A stretch of 64,000 nt of DNA from Octopus bimaculoides (lineage: Eukaryota), in contig NC_068992.1 in NCBI RefSeq assembly GCF_001194135.2, positions 3,065,416 to 3,129,415 of the forward strand, written 5' to 3'. Each line of letters starts with the position of its first letter. Within the stretch, counting starts at the first letter, position 1. This document shows, in pieces, positions 1 to 10,367 of the stretch. The translations under genes were made by a program, and so were the position numbers. The notes beneath the pieces were generated by a model. It ran no database searches, was not told where the DNA came from, and saw only the letters and a program-made list of their open reading frames with translations.

Positions 1-40
<40 letters not shown>
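1..40. repeat. (TA)n microsatellite
   Basis: Pure TA run at the window start. Confidence 0.95.
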
Positions 41-42
<2 letters not shown>

Positions 43-148
43 GTGGTCACATGACTTTCTGAAAGATAGAAGTCAGGTAGTAGTGGCCAATGGACCCACC
101 TCAATGAAAACACAGATTGTGAGCGGTGTTCCACAGGGTACTGTCTTG
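41..148 (+). mobile_element. LINE reverse-transcriptase fragment (CR1/L2/Jockey-like)
   Basis: Translates TWSHDFLKDRSQVVVANGPTSMKTQIVSGVPQGTVL, matching the FL..R.Q.V...G..S....V.SGVPQGSVL motif of non-LTR RTs. Confidence 0.8.
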
Positions 149-410
149 ACTGTCACTGCAGATCCTGCGCAGACAGGGGAATTGAGAGTAGGGGTTTGGA
201 GAGCTTGGTGTGGGTAGAGTAGAAGGAGGAGTTCAAGTATGAGTGAGTCGGTGTGTTTGTAGTGGATGGAGGTAGTGAGAGCAGATGTCGAGAAAGGCAA
301 CAGAAGTGTAGGAAATAGGGCAGGATAAATTGAGGGCAGGATGGAAGGATTGGACAAAAGAGAGGAAGGAGTCTGTCGCACCGATACAGTCATCAGTATA
401 ACGACCGTAT
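143..410 (-). mobile_element. Penelope-like element RT catalytic/thumb fragment, frameshifted
   Basis: Minus frames give GRYTDDCIGAT (YxDD-like), FVQSFHPAL..SVAFLDI, LTTSIHYKHTDS and HSYLN..THTKLS..YSQF..LRRICSD, the ordered C-terminal motifs of PLE RTs. Confidence 0.8.
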
Positions 411-940
411 ATATACAAACACACAAGTATATAAGTGTATAATAAAATGTAGTCATACCTAAAATCAAAAAATTGCAAGAAATATAATCATGCCATACAT
501 ATTAAGGTAAATATATATGTTAGATATATCTACAATATATAATTAAATATATACTATCCCCAGACAGAAGTTTGTGTTTGTAGGAGTTGGGGCAGTAAAA
601 TAACCAACATGGAAGTATAAAGAGGACACTAACACAAAATTCTGCTTCTACAAAAGAAAAAAAAAATTGAGAAAAGAGCAATAAATAATGGATTGTTACG
701 GAAGGATCGCACAATCTCTTTGCTTGTAAAAAATAATATTACAAAATCTGTCTGAAAACCGAAGCGAACATCAAAGATTAATCTAAAGCCAACGAACAGA
801 AATGCGTATTATTGCAATAACAGAGATAAAATATGGTGCAAGTACAGCCTAAATACTTTTCCATGCGTAACGTTTTGTCATAGAACTTCATTAAACATTA
901 AATTGACTCGTATTTAGAACAATAATATATTGGAATATAA

Positions 941-1135
941 AGGCGACGAGCTGGCAGAAACGCTTAGCGGTATTTCGTCTGTCTTCGCGCTCTAAGTTCA
1001 AATTCCCCCGAGATAGACTTTGCCTTTCATCCTTTCGGGGTTGATAAATTAAGTACCAGTTGCGTACTGGGGTCGATCTAATCGACTGGCCCCCTCCTCA
1101 TAAATTTCGGGTCTTTTGTCTAGAGTAGAAAAGAA
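941..1135 (+). mobile_element. SINE family A (tRNA-derived, Octopus-type), internally deleted, 15-bp TSD
   Basis: AGGCGACGAGCTGGCAGAA head, AAGTTCAAATTCC B-box, body shared with about ten other copies here; AATAATATATTGGAA duplicated at 921-935 and 1134-1148. Confidence 0.85.
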
Positions 1136-1182
1136 TAATATATTGGAACATGGTTACGAAACGAAAGGAAAATATTGCTTTT

Positions 1183-1380
1183 ATCTTTAACTTGTTTTGG
1201 TCATTAGACTGTGGCCATGCTGGGGCACCACCTTGAAGCGTTTTTAGTCAACTGAATCGATCCCCACTAAATCCATTCACAAGGCTTTGGTCAGCCCAAG
1301 GCTATAGTAGAAGACACTTGCCCAAGGTGCCACGCAGTGGGACTGAACTCAGAACCATGTGGTTAGTAAGCAAGCTACTT
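1183..1380 (-). mobile_element. SINE family B (tRNA-derived, CORE-like), 3' part of a copy split by the 1381-3500 insertion
   Basis: Reverse complement carries GGCACCTTGGGCAAGTGTCTTCTACTATAGCC (CORE-like block) and the family-B tail; continues at 3501-3540. Confidence 0.85.
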
Positions 1381-1638
1381 TATTTCATTAAATATTGGCC
1401 ATTAAGGCCTTACAAAGAGGGGACAAACAAGGACAGACAAACGTAAAGTAGCTGCGGGCTGGACACGGACATTAATGAGGTGAGGGTGATAACAAAAAAG
1501 GTTTAAAATAAAAATGGGAAGGGCACCGGCGCCAACAGACCGATAACCCCTCGAAAACATTGTTCAATACAACTCACATGAAAATCGATAAAGTTCAAAA
1601 GTTCAATAAGCAAGTTGACTCACCGCCCGCAGACAACT

Positions 1639-2100
1639 CTACAGCGACAAGTCAGGGCCCGCAAAAAGGAATGCGAACTCTTTTTTGTCAAGTGTGCACT
1701 CCGCGAACATAATTTCTCGGTCGCACTGGTCCAACAATTTTCTTACAGGCCCTTCCATGCGATAAAAGAGGGAAAACTCCTCCCCCTCATAGGCAGAAGC
1801 CTCAAGCTGCTCCGTCAGTGGCACACTTCCCACCGACGGAGCCTCATTCACAGGTGCTGTCGGCGGCACAGAAGCATCCGCCGACACCCCCCTCTTCCTC
1901 TTTTTTTTTTGAGGATTCAGGGGGCAGTGTCGGCATACGTGGAGGATCGCTGTCCGCCTCTGCCTCCTGTACATTATCTCGTGAGCAACCTTCCTTTTTC
2001 TTTTCGTGGAAGCAAAATCCTCCACGACTTCCGCTGTCTCCCCTTCCACTGGAGGGGCAGCGGGCACTTTTTCCTGTTCCAGGGCCTTATCACGGCCCTG
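1639..2100 (-). CDS. C-terminal continuation of ORF1 after a one-base frameshift
   Basis: Removing one base from the G6 run at 2100-2105 fuses ...YCP to QGRDKALEQEKVPAAPP..., giving a ~357-aa protein with basic clusters (KRKRK, KKKRKR). Confidence 0.6.
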   Translation of the reverse strand, partial: QGRDKALEQEKVPAAPPVEGETAEVVEDFASTKRKRKVAHEIMYRRQRRTAILHVCRHCPLNPQKKKRKRGVSADASVPPTAPVNEAPSVGSVPLTEQLEASAYEGEEFSLFYRMEGPVRKLLDQCDREIMFAECTLDKKEFAFLFAGPDLSL

Positions 2101-2710
2101 GGGGGCAGTACTTCCTAATGTGGCCAGCTTCTAGGCACAGATGGCACCTAGGTTGCCGACCCTCAATAATCATCGGATATCTTCGTCCGGCCATCCTTAG
2201 AAAATCTGGAAGAACCAGATCTTTAGCTGATTGGGTCCATATGGTCAAAACAGCTTTTGACCCAACCCAATCAGCTGAAGGCAATATTTTTACATTTATT
2301 AGCTTGGATCCACTGCCACCAAGACCCCGGCGGAAAGAATCCTCTATCCACTCGGGCTTTATTCCAGGCGGCAACTCGCAGACCCAAGCCCTCATATTTT
2401 GTCCACAATATGTAGGCAGAAACAAAATTTCTTTGCCCTCAATGGGCCCACTCGCAAATTTGCGAGCTTCACTCGGGGAGTCAAAAAGCAACCACACGGT
2501 TGCATATTTGACTCCCCTTGAAATATATTTAAAGTTGGCATTAACATTTGTAAGTTCCTTTTCAATAATAGTTTGAGGAAAGACAGTGACACTATCCAAC
2601 ACCTTTGAGTAGGTTCGGAGCATCACTGTTCTTTCCTCCATTTCTTTCAACCATTGCTTGGGTGGGCACAGTTCCCACTCCAAGACGGTATTATTTTTCT
2701 TATTGTTCAT
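2090..2710 (-). CDS. LINE ORF1/gag-like protein, N-terminal part ending in a CX2CX4HX4C zinc knuckle
   Basis: 206-aa ATG ORF ending ...IIEGRQPRCHLCLEAGHIRKYCP; the upstream region resembles the RRM-like part of Tx1/L1 ORF1 proteins. Confidence 0.75.
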   Translation of the reverse strand: MNNKKNNTVLEWELCPPKQWLKEMEERTVMLRTYSKVLDSVTVFPQTIIEKELTNVNANFKYISRGVKYATVWLLFDSPSEARKFASGPIEGKEILFLPTYCGQNMRAWVCELPPGIKPEWIEDSFRRGLGGSGSKLINVKILPSADWVGSKAVLTIWTQSAKDLVLPDFLRMAGRRYPMIIEGRQPRCHLCLEAGHIRKYCPPGP

Positions 2711-3467
2711 ATTTAACTACAAAGTTCAAAAAGTTCAAAGGAAAATATTCGCAGTTCGTATAAAAGAAAAATATAGAAAGAAAAAATGAAAAAAAGAGAA
2801 AAAGAAAAGGAAAAGGAACAAGTGGAAAACCAAAATTAGAAGAAATAAATGAAATGAGAAAAGAAAAAAGAAAAAGGGAGCAAAAGGAAAACCAAAATTA
2901 GAAGAAAAATAAATGCAATGAGAAAAGAAAATAATTATGTTCCAGCAGGTAATCCTATTTTCTGAACAAAAAAGTTCACTCCGACTGGTACTCCAGCTGT
3001 CTGAGTTCTGTTCTCGACACACTCCGTAATGCAAGGAAAATTCCCAGAGAATGTTCAAATTTGGCAAAAAATGCCACACAACAATTCAAAAGAGTTCACC
3101 TTCTTCGTAATGGTAAATCCATTGGCAAAAATGCCACACCAAATTTCACGAAGAAATTTTCTTCCTTCGTCGCTGTGTTGGCACGCCCACCCACATCGAC
3201 GAATAACGAACAAAGATTTTTCTCGCAAAGCGAGCAACAATTTAAGTCGCCGAAAGCAGGCAAAACTGAGCTGGGCGAATTTACTGCAAAAAATAATAAA
3301 CAGCAACAAACCCCTCCCAGGTCAAAAAACAATTTCACCTACCTCGGTCGACTCTCACAGTTCAATTTTTAGACGGCATCGAACGACACACATCCACACA
3401 GTTCTTCTCAATGGTTCAACATTGGACGGAGCTGAAACACATCCATCCATTCTGTTCTTCGTGTCTA

Positions 3468-3498
3468 CCGGAAGTAACTAACGCGCAAGACAGGAAGT
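3468..3498 (-). promoter_or_regulatory. Possible internal Pol II promoter at the 5' end of the 2.1-kb element
   Basis: Two ETS-type motifs (CCGGAAGT 3468-3475, CAGGAAGT 3491-3498) within 35 nt of the element end; CCAAT on the minus strand at 3421-3425. Motif match only. Confidence 0.35.
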
Positions 3499-3500
3499 CG

Positions 3501-3540
3501 AGTAAGCTAGCTACTTACCACACACCCACTCCTGCACCTA
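3501..3540 (-). mobile_element. SINE family B, 5' tRNA-like head of the split copy
   Basis: Reverse complement GCAGGAGTGGGTGTGTGGTAAGTAGC matches the head of the copies at 13525 and 27455. Confidence 0.8.
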
Positions 3541-3573
3541 TGTATGCATATATGCAATAAATATATACAATAA

Positions 3574-3615
<42 letters not shown>

Positions 3616-5545
3616 GTGTGTGTGTATGCATATATATTTGTGTGTTCGTGTGTGTGTGTAGATCTGCATATCGAAACGTGTGTAAGTTGAAGGGAAATAC
3701 TTTAAATGGAGTAGGTTTGGAAGAACTTCAATTCCTGAAACCTTATTTGCTTTATGAGGTTCCCAAGTAAGCCACATCGTCTGCACACACTTCATGCTTC
3801 AGGACATTAACATATCGTAATAGAGCCAAATTCTAACATGTGAGAGATAGGCTTTACATCTGATGAGCTCTATTGTTACCATCAATAGGGTCACATGGCC
3901 CTCTTTGATGTAGGTGTGATATTATTTAATTTATAAATGCAGAAACATTCATGTATAACAGCAGTCATTCATATAATCCTTTTTCAATGTGATTGTGTTA
4001 GGGGATTCATTTCGAAGAATCAAGGCTTTAAATCCTGTGAGATACACATGCACACACAAACAAACATGCACAGATACAAACATATAGGGACATGCGAATA
4101 CACCCACATATATCTGTATTCGTTTGTTTGAGCAATAAATATGGGCCACAGCTAATAAATGCTCAACTGTAACAGTATCAAGTGGACACAGTATAAGAAA
4201 CAAGAATATATTACCAAATAAAAAATGTTATATTTGCAATATTAATGATGCCAGGACATTTTGAGCTCTACGGCTAGCTGGCATCAATCATAGAGTTTTA
4301 ATTAAGATCATTTGCAGTTGATGACTTAACAACCTGCTTTGACACATCATTGATCACAGAGTATTTGAAAGCACTAGAAGACCTCTCAGTCTGTGGAACT
4401 GGCTTGTGGGCAGTAAAACATTTTGAAGTGCTATAGTTGCACTTCAAATTGCAATTTATTAAGTTTGTTAAATATTTCAATTCGTGGAATTAGAATTGAA
4501 ATAATGTTTGATTCATCTAATGATTTTATATGGAAATATTTGATCTTTACTATTAATTGATACATCTACATTTTTTTAATACATCAAAATATATTTTATA
4601 TATCATTATATATCAATATATATTCCATAGATCTTTCCTCTTTATTGATATATCGATATCATCTATTGTTTATATTATAATAGTGTTACATATTAAGGTA
4701 TTCCATACATTTGTTTAACATTGAGCTCAATCTGACCATTTTCTACTTTAGAATGTTTCCAAATAAATTCAAATTATTGAAATATAATGCAACATTAAAG
4801 AGTCTTGACATCTTTGAAGTGATTGATACAAATATGGCATAAAATTCTTCGACAATAAACCTATGCTTCATGACAGAATAAACACATGCACTCCTTTCCC
4901 ATTTACACTAAACAACTTGTATACTTATTAGAAAATTCATTTAGGTTTCCAATATTCTCCAGCAATAATTAAGATGGCTGTCCCATTATTAACATTCAGT
5001 ATTTAAGTCATCTAATAAAGATTTCAAATTCCTTTCTTCCACATCATTTGTAACATTTCTGGTTTGAACTGATTGTAATATTACAATAACGAATTAATCA
5101 GTTTTGATCAAAATTGATATCATATTAATGCACTCAATGGAATGTAAATAACTTTATGTTTATAATCATTGCCGGTCTTAGATTTAATGTAAGCAAGGAC
5201 GTAATTGCTTTTGAAGGCTATGAACAAGAACTGCAAAGTGCTTAGAGATTTTAGTCCAATGCAGGTAGGAGCTTTAATGTGATATTCAGCTGCACTAACT
5301 TTGTGTAAGTTGAGATAATGACAAGTAGAAAGGGAAAATGCAGTCAATGGATTATACTGACTTTAAATTACTTGCCAAACATTATAGCAACAGACAAGTT
5401 GCTCCTGTTATCCTAGCCTTGTCCATGATCAGCAGAACATGGAATATTGAAATGCTTTCCCCATCAAGAATTAATTTAGTCACATCAATACCCATATTCT
5501 GATTATTGTCAAAATAGTTAAGTCTTCATTGGTTAGTAACTTTAT

Positions 5546-5692
5546 ATTATTTACATTATTTACATCTGACGGATATTTGTCCTCATCTTGTTTGTTGTTA
5601 ACACAATGTTTCCACTGATATACCCTCCAACCTTCATCAGGTGTCTTGAGGAAATTTCAAACCTGGGTTCTCATTCCTAAGGTATTTTTTGA

Positions 5693-5724
<32 letters not shown>

Positions 5725-5795
5725 TCACTGCCTGGAATCGAACTCAGAATCTTGGGGCTAGTAGCTCGCACTCTTAACCACTACACCATATGCCC
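5546..5795 (-). mobile_element. SINE family C: tRNA head + (TAA)n + hammerhead-like 3' domain, lacking the 34-nt tail
   Basis: Head GGGCATATGGTGTAGTGGTTAAG..GAGTTCGATTCC (A/B boxes); body matches the copies at 11307 and 41689; CTGATGA (5640-5634) and GAAA (5612-5609) on the minus strand. Confidence 0.85.
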
Positions 5796-7302
5796 ATGTA
5801 ACTCTGTTAAGATAAGCATGTAATTCTAATGCAGTCTAATTGCATCCAAAGTTATAGTGTGATGTTTTGCATATGCACAGTCTGTAAGAATAGTCTTTTT
5901 AACTTGATCAGCACAATGATAAAAGAACTCATCTACTGTGAGGACCAGTCACTTCCAAAATACTAAAGAAATTTCTATCTTCACTTTCCAAGAAAGAATA
6001 ATATCTGGTGCATGTTTTAACACTTTTTTTGTTTGTTTTTTTTCAACTATTTTGGGGGTTTGGAATACATTGAATGAAAAGGACATCAACAGAAAATTTA
6101 TTCAACAGTTTTAATTCCAATAACAGCAAGGTCCACCGATTGACACAAAACTTGTAATGAATACAGTTTTCATGCTCTGATAACCTTTCAGAGAGTCTCA
6201 TTCATTCATTACTCTTGAAATAGTTGAAAGAACAGAACAGCGTTGATGTGGAAGAATGATCGTAAGTTGATTAGGAGGGTAAAAAAATTAATTAAATGAG
6301 TAAAATGATGATTTTTGCACCTGCTTCAGAGTAATCTTTCATGCAAGTTTTCTTAAGTTTCTTCCATTAGACACAGAAAATGTTTTGCTGAAATCATGCT
6401 CAAGAAATTCTTTTGAAAATGTCTTCTGTCCCCACACCCCACCCCCATTTCTGTAGCTTTTATTACCTTTTGTGGTAATACATACCTCACTTTCTAATTT
6501 TCCAAAATAAAACAATGTTATACAATATGAAGAATCAAGTTTGTTTGGTTTACTTCTGAACCATGTCACCATTAATTGACGGTGCTTAAGTGAGGAATTT
6601 TTCTGTCATTACAGAAGACTGTGTTGCAATAATAATTTACATGGAATCATTGGAACTAGAAATAAAGTACTTTCTAAAGTTTGTTGTTCCTTCCTTCCTG
6701 TGTTTTCTTTTACCTTTCCCCCCACTTTTACAGTTCCTAATTGGTGATGGAGCACTTCAAAACAAATATAGTAAACAAGAATCAGGACTTCAATCTATAA
6801 TTTAATATAATTTATTATAATTTATTATATTATAATTTAATTATTATTTTGGCTGCCTCACTGACTGTGGAATGTTATCATTACTTAATGCCAAAAATAC
6901 AGATGGACAAAGTTAAATACGGGACATTTGTAGTCTGATGCTGCTGGCGGTTTCGCAAATGATTCTTTATTCTTGTAACTAACTTCAGAAGCATAGAACA
7001 CAGATACTTATAACAAGACACACACACACACACACACACACAGGGTGTTCAGGCTTCAATTTGACTTTTTTCTAGGTCTTCTTTTTTCAGAAACAGTTTG
7101 ATGTATTGGTGAAAAGGCAATGGCATTGGAGAGCATAAAGATTAAAGTTGTAGTTGCGGAAAGGTTAGCTGACATGGAAGGCTAAAGGTCATCTGAATGT
7201 TGGGAAAGAGTTATCACAATGGTTTGAACCAGGAATCAAAATGGTACATTAATGACTGCTGCTCAATGCTCTGCGAACACTGTAATGATGTGACATGGAC
7301 GA

Positions 7303-7470
7303 CAGGGAGGGACACAGCAGGGAGGGACACAGCAGGGAGGGACACAGCAGGGAGGGACACAGCAGGGAGGGACACAGCAGGGAGGGACACAGCAGGGAGG
7401 GACACAGCATGGAGGGACACAGCAGGGAGGGACACAGCAGGGAGGGACACAGCAGGGAGGGACACAGCAG
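7303..7470 (+). repeat. 15-bp minisatellite (CAGGGAGGGACACAG) x11
   Basis: Eleven near-perfect units, one with a G>T variant. Confidence 0.95.
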
Positions 7471-8779
7471 GTGTATGTGTGTGTAAACAAGTAATGCTGC
7501 CTCACTAACCTCTTTGGTTAATGTTTGTTATGTGCAGATAGGATTTTGTGTCTGAATGTAGATAAGCAAATGGATTTACTCACATCCGCATGCACACTTG
7601 TATCTCTCTATATGTCACAGTGTCATTACAATCAAGAATAACTCAGAGACTTGACAGAATCGTTATTGAGGAGTCATAAATTCCATCACCAGAGCTGCAG
7701 AGAAGAGGACAGACCAGTGGTTTACTGCTAGTGTGATGGAAGCTGGAACAACGAGACAGTAGTGGGGGGGGGGGGATGTTGAAAAATGTCAAAACTCCAC
7801 TAAAGACTTCAGGAATACCATTGATGCTGCACTCCAGAGCATCCATGAGATGCATCTGGGAACAAACTTGTAATAACACAACTCACTGCATGTAGAAAGC
7901 TGTTGCCAACAAGCAGTGGTGGTGGTGGCGGCGGCAGTAGTAGTAGTAGTAGTCGTTGACAACTTTCAGTTATACACCCAGACAGACTTATAAAAAGGAA
8001 TTATGTTTTCAATAATCCAAGATTTTCTTAGTGACAAAACCTTTGGTAAACATCTTCATCAACACCCGCCTCTAACTAATGCAGTTTTTATTAACAATTA
8101 TATTTTATTGTAGTTTAATATATCTGATTATTTGTCAGAGAGAGAGAGCTATCTGCAGATGAATGAAAGTTTTATCTCTGCTAGAACAGTGATGGAAAAC
8201 AGTAATAAGATGTTCAGTGATGGCAGATGTGACTGGCCATAGGAATATAAGAGAATAGAATTCCTCAGAACAACAGACTGAGGAAGATTTGCTTGAGTAA
8301 ATGAAAACAAAATGGTTTTAAGTTTTGGAAATTAAGACAAACCTTAACCACTTGATTACTATATGACAATAGTGACAATAATAACAATAATAATAACAAC
8401 AACAGCAACAGCGAAGTACTTTAAGTAAACTGCTACCACTACTATTAGAACAGACGGTTACTGGAATATCTTCTAAATATTAAGTGGAGATAGTTGATAT
8501 AAAAAGTGTGGCTAAAGAAATTTCAGGAATAAAATGGAGACATTTAGAGCTTTAAAACCATCTCTGTCATTAAGGCAAATAAAAAACCAATAAATTTGGT
8601 TTTAACTTGACATCAATTTCGCCTGTAAATATTGGTTATTTTAAGATTGGAAAACTCAATGGTTAAATCACAACAGAGAAATCTTTGTTTTCTTGAACAT
8701 TATGAGAGGTATAGTTAATCAATTGTCTGTTAAGTTATATATCGTGCTGTTCAGCCAAAAACATGGGGCACTGCTATAC

Positions 8780-8960
8780 TATATATACATACATATATAT
8801 ACATGTATATTTTATATCACATATAATATGTATATATCTATATATAGATATATGTATACATATATATACATATATATATACATATATGTATGTATATATG
8901 TATATATGTATGTATATATATTTATATATATAGTTCAATTAAAGGTTAATATATTTATAA

Positions 8961-9001
<41 letters not shown>

Positions 9002-9044
9002 NNNNNNNNNNATATATATAGTTCAATAGTTCAGTTAAAGGTTA

Positions 9045-9078
<34 letters not shown>

Positions 9079-9150
9079 ATGTATGTGTATATATATGTGT
9101 GTATGTATAACTATATATATTTATATATATATTGTATATATGTATATGTA
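8780..9150. repeat. Compound (TA)n/(TG)n microsatellite field containing a 10-N gap
   Basis: Direct inspection. Confidence 0.9.
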
Positions 9151-9373
9151 TATGTTACGTGTGTGGTTAGTGAGTGATAGCTCAACCTTCAGATGCTTGT
9201 CGTCTCTCTGATCTTCCTCATTGCCAAGGGCCTTTCTGATATTTCGTCTATGACCTCTTACATAAGCATTCAGTCCTACTGCACATCTTTATAGTTTGAA
9301 ACATAGGTGACAGACAAAAGTTGTAACTCACACTGCATTAATCACTATGGACATTAATCACTATGGACATTAA

Positions 9374-9650
9374 TCACATTTGTCCCTTCAGTCCTGAATT
9401 CCACCTGCAACCCCTTTCACACACTACAGATGTTGAATCACCTGGTCTAGGAAGGAAAATATTGCATACAGCTGATCTTTCATAGAACTTCAGATGATCG
9501 ACATACCCAGTCTTGGGAAGGAGTACATGTCCACACGTTTCACACTTCCAATACTTTCTCCTCTCATTAAGGTTCTGATGGCTGCCCCTCCAAAACCAGT
9601 GCTTTAGATTATTGTGCACAAGGTAACCCTCTTCAAAAGTTTTACATGTA
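9374..9650 (-). mobile_element. RTE-like LINE 3'-end fragment with decayed C2H2-type fingers
   Basis: CKTFEEGYLVHNNLKH...WKCETCGHVLLPKTGYVDHLK and CERGCRWNSGLKGQM resemble the C-terminus of RTE ORFs. Confidence 0.5.
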
Positions 9651-10367
9651 TGGGTGTCTGTGAGTGTGTGTGTATGCACATATCCATACACATATCTTCT
9701 AGTAGAAATTATCAGAGAATGCTTGCAAAGTCTCACTTTTTACTTTTAATATATCGAATGTAACTATGGTGGTAAGCTGGCAGAGATGTTAGCATGCCAC
9801 TCCTATGCCTATATATATATATATATATATAGGTCTCTATATAAAGTGATAATATAATATGAGAATGCATGTTATTAGGAAATGTGATTTTGTCTTGATA
9901 TGTCTCATAAAGAAACATAATTGGGAAAGCCCGTTTGAGTACAAGTGATTCTATTAAAGTTCTCAGCAAATTTAGAGACAATAGAATCATCAGCAATTAG
10001 TAATTAGCTATCTAAAACTGCTGTTTCATTAAGCACAAATAAGTTTAATTGGTGCTGTGAGGAACGCAAGAAGGTATTTAAAGAGTACTTGATCATCAAG
10101 ATGGGAATTGATTTTCTGTGGTTAATTTTGTTAATTAAGCACAAAATGTTAAATATGCTTTATCAAAACAAATAATTTACTTTAAGATATGGAAATATTA
10201 AGTAGCATATGAATATATATCATTCATGAGGTAGAGAAACATGAAGCAATGTGTTTATAATAGATAATGAATGAAAGAGAACATGTGGAAATATTATACA
10301 GTATAAATTATGGAATTATATGATAATATTGGACAATGGATATAAAAATATGGAATCATATATATAG

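Larger units (their letters stand above)
1381..3500 (-). mobile_element. 2.1-kb non-autonomous LINE derivative encoding only a gag-like ORF1 (half-L1/Tx1-like)
   Basis: Flanked by AGTAAGCAAGCTACTT (1365-1380) and AGTAAGCTAGCTACTT (3501-3516), a 16-bp TSD with one mismatch. GC-rich ORF with CCHC knuckle, no RT or endonuclease, short 3' stem GGCC-TTAAT-GGCC (1397-1409). Confidence 0.8.

Noticed and set aside
1615-2576. Plus-strand ORFs of 167 and 252 aa inside the 2.1-kb element
   Set aside because: They have non-ATG starts and no motifs, and are antisense shadows of the GC-rich minus-strand ORF1.
4200-6570. Codon-like unique segments (e.g. MDYTDFKLLAKHY.., SVQTRNVTNDVEERNLKSLL..) as host exons or a pseudogene
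   Set aside because: No recognisable domain, frequent stops and no consistent splice-bounded open frame; a TBLASTX search would be needed.
7197-7508. Repetitive-peptide ORFs (RDTAG, EGHSR, CCVPP)
   Set aside because: They arise in several frames simply because the 15-bp unit is stop-free.
8272-8330. CTGAGGA..GAAA hammerhead-like string
   Set aside because: Helix I cannot form; likely chance.
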